Source of the DNA: Asterionella formosa
Lineage: Eukaryota
Direction: 5' to 3'
DNA: 64,000 bases
Assembly (NCBI GenBank): GCA_002256025.1
Contig: NKIB01006075.1
Location: forward strand, 1 to 64,000
Shown here: positions 63,331 to 64,000 of the stretch, piece after piece
Numbering within the stretch: the stretch's first letter is position 1
How the letters are laid out: every line of letters starts with the position of its first letter
The notes under the pieces: generated by a model
The model's input: only the letters and a program-made list of their open reading frames with translations
What the model was told of the DNA's origin: nothing
Databases searched by the model: none
Translations under genes and position numbers: made by a program

Positions 63331-64000
63331 AAACCTTCTGCAAGGTAACCTGTGTTTATGATCTAATGTAGTAGCGAACAACAAAACAAGAAAGCAAACA
63401 AGAAACAAGCAGCAAAATCAATAAACATGACCAACAATACCAGATCAATGTTACATTTCTTTTGCAGGGAAATGAGAGGTGTGCAATATGTATACCTTGT
63501 TAAAGTGAGCTCATCTACGTAGTTATGACTTGGATTCAAACGAGTCAAATGATTTGAATAAGTAAACTTTGATGTACCAAGCTCTCGTCAACCACACATT
63601 TTACGTTGTTACTCCGTCTATAATGAGCCGGACGATATAAGCTATTTCGGAAGAGCGATAGTTTGAAAATGAATGATAATGGTTAAAAACCTATGATCAT
63701 AAAGTGTGAGATAGACATGGGTCTATCTATGATTGCATGCTTCTCGAAATGCAAACAGCATTTGGAGAATAGTTTGTTTGTTTGTTCAAACAGAACAACC
63801 TAAACTAGCTTGATTAGTAAACTCACAATAAGAATATAGAAACGGAAAGAGAAATGAACGTCGCTTTCTATAGTCTTCTTTGTCTAACAATATAGATCTA
63901 TCTAAAAGGTAATACTTTAACATACCTAGCTAGTAGATCAAAAGAATTTGCATCAATTTTTGTGTGTGTCACAATTTTTTACTCTTAATTATTAAATGCA

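Overview
Eukaryotic nuclear DNA, most likely from a diatom. This is inferred from short GT-AG introns, a signal-peptide+FAP plastid presequence, diatom-type gene families and Copia/Harbinger/pogo/Plavaka debris. About 16 host genes are recognisable, including an amino-acid transporter, MATE, TraB-family protein, LYR protein, divergent cyclophilin, MET2, an arrestin-fold protein, a TPR membrane protein, a soluble R-SNARE, an SGNH-like protein and a methyltransferase broken by one in-frame TGA. They are interspersed with decayed transposons. The most striking unexplained structure is a window-wide set of TA-delimited micro-units (TA-CCGG-TA, TA-CCAGG-TA, TA-CCTGG-TA and variants) chained into arrays upstream of genes. 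Two paralogous repeat copies show a plain TA in one and TACCGGTA in the other at two aligned sites. A 95-bp MITE whose termini (TA|CCWG...CWGG|TA) would leave exactly these scars is present in six copies. Together these suggest repeated insertion and excision at promoter TA sites, building arrays of excision footprints. Other items of note are a tRNA-derived SINE-like element, a two-ORF Plavaka-type element, an inverted pseudogene next to its paralog, and a recent template-switch-like rearrangement. All family assignments come from motif recognition by eye; no database searches were run.
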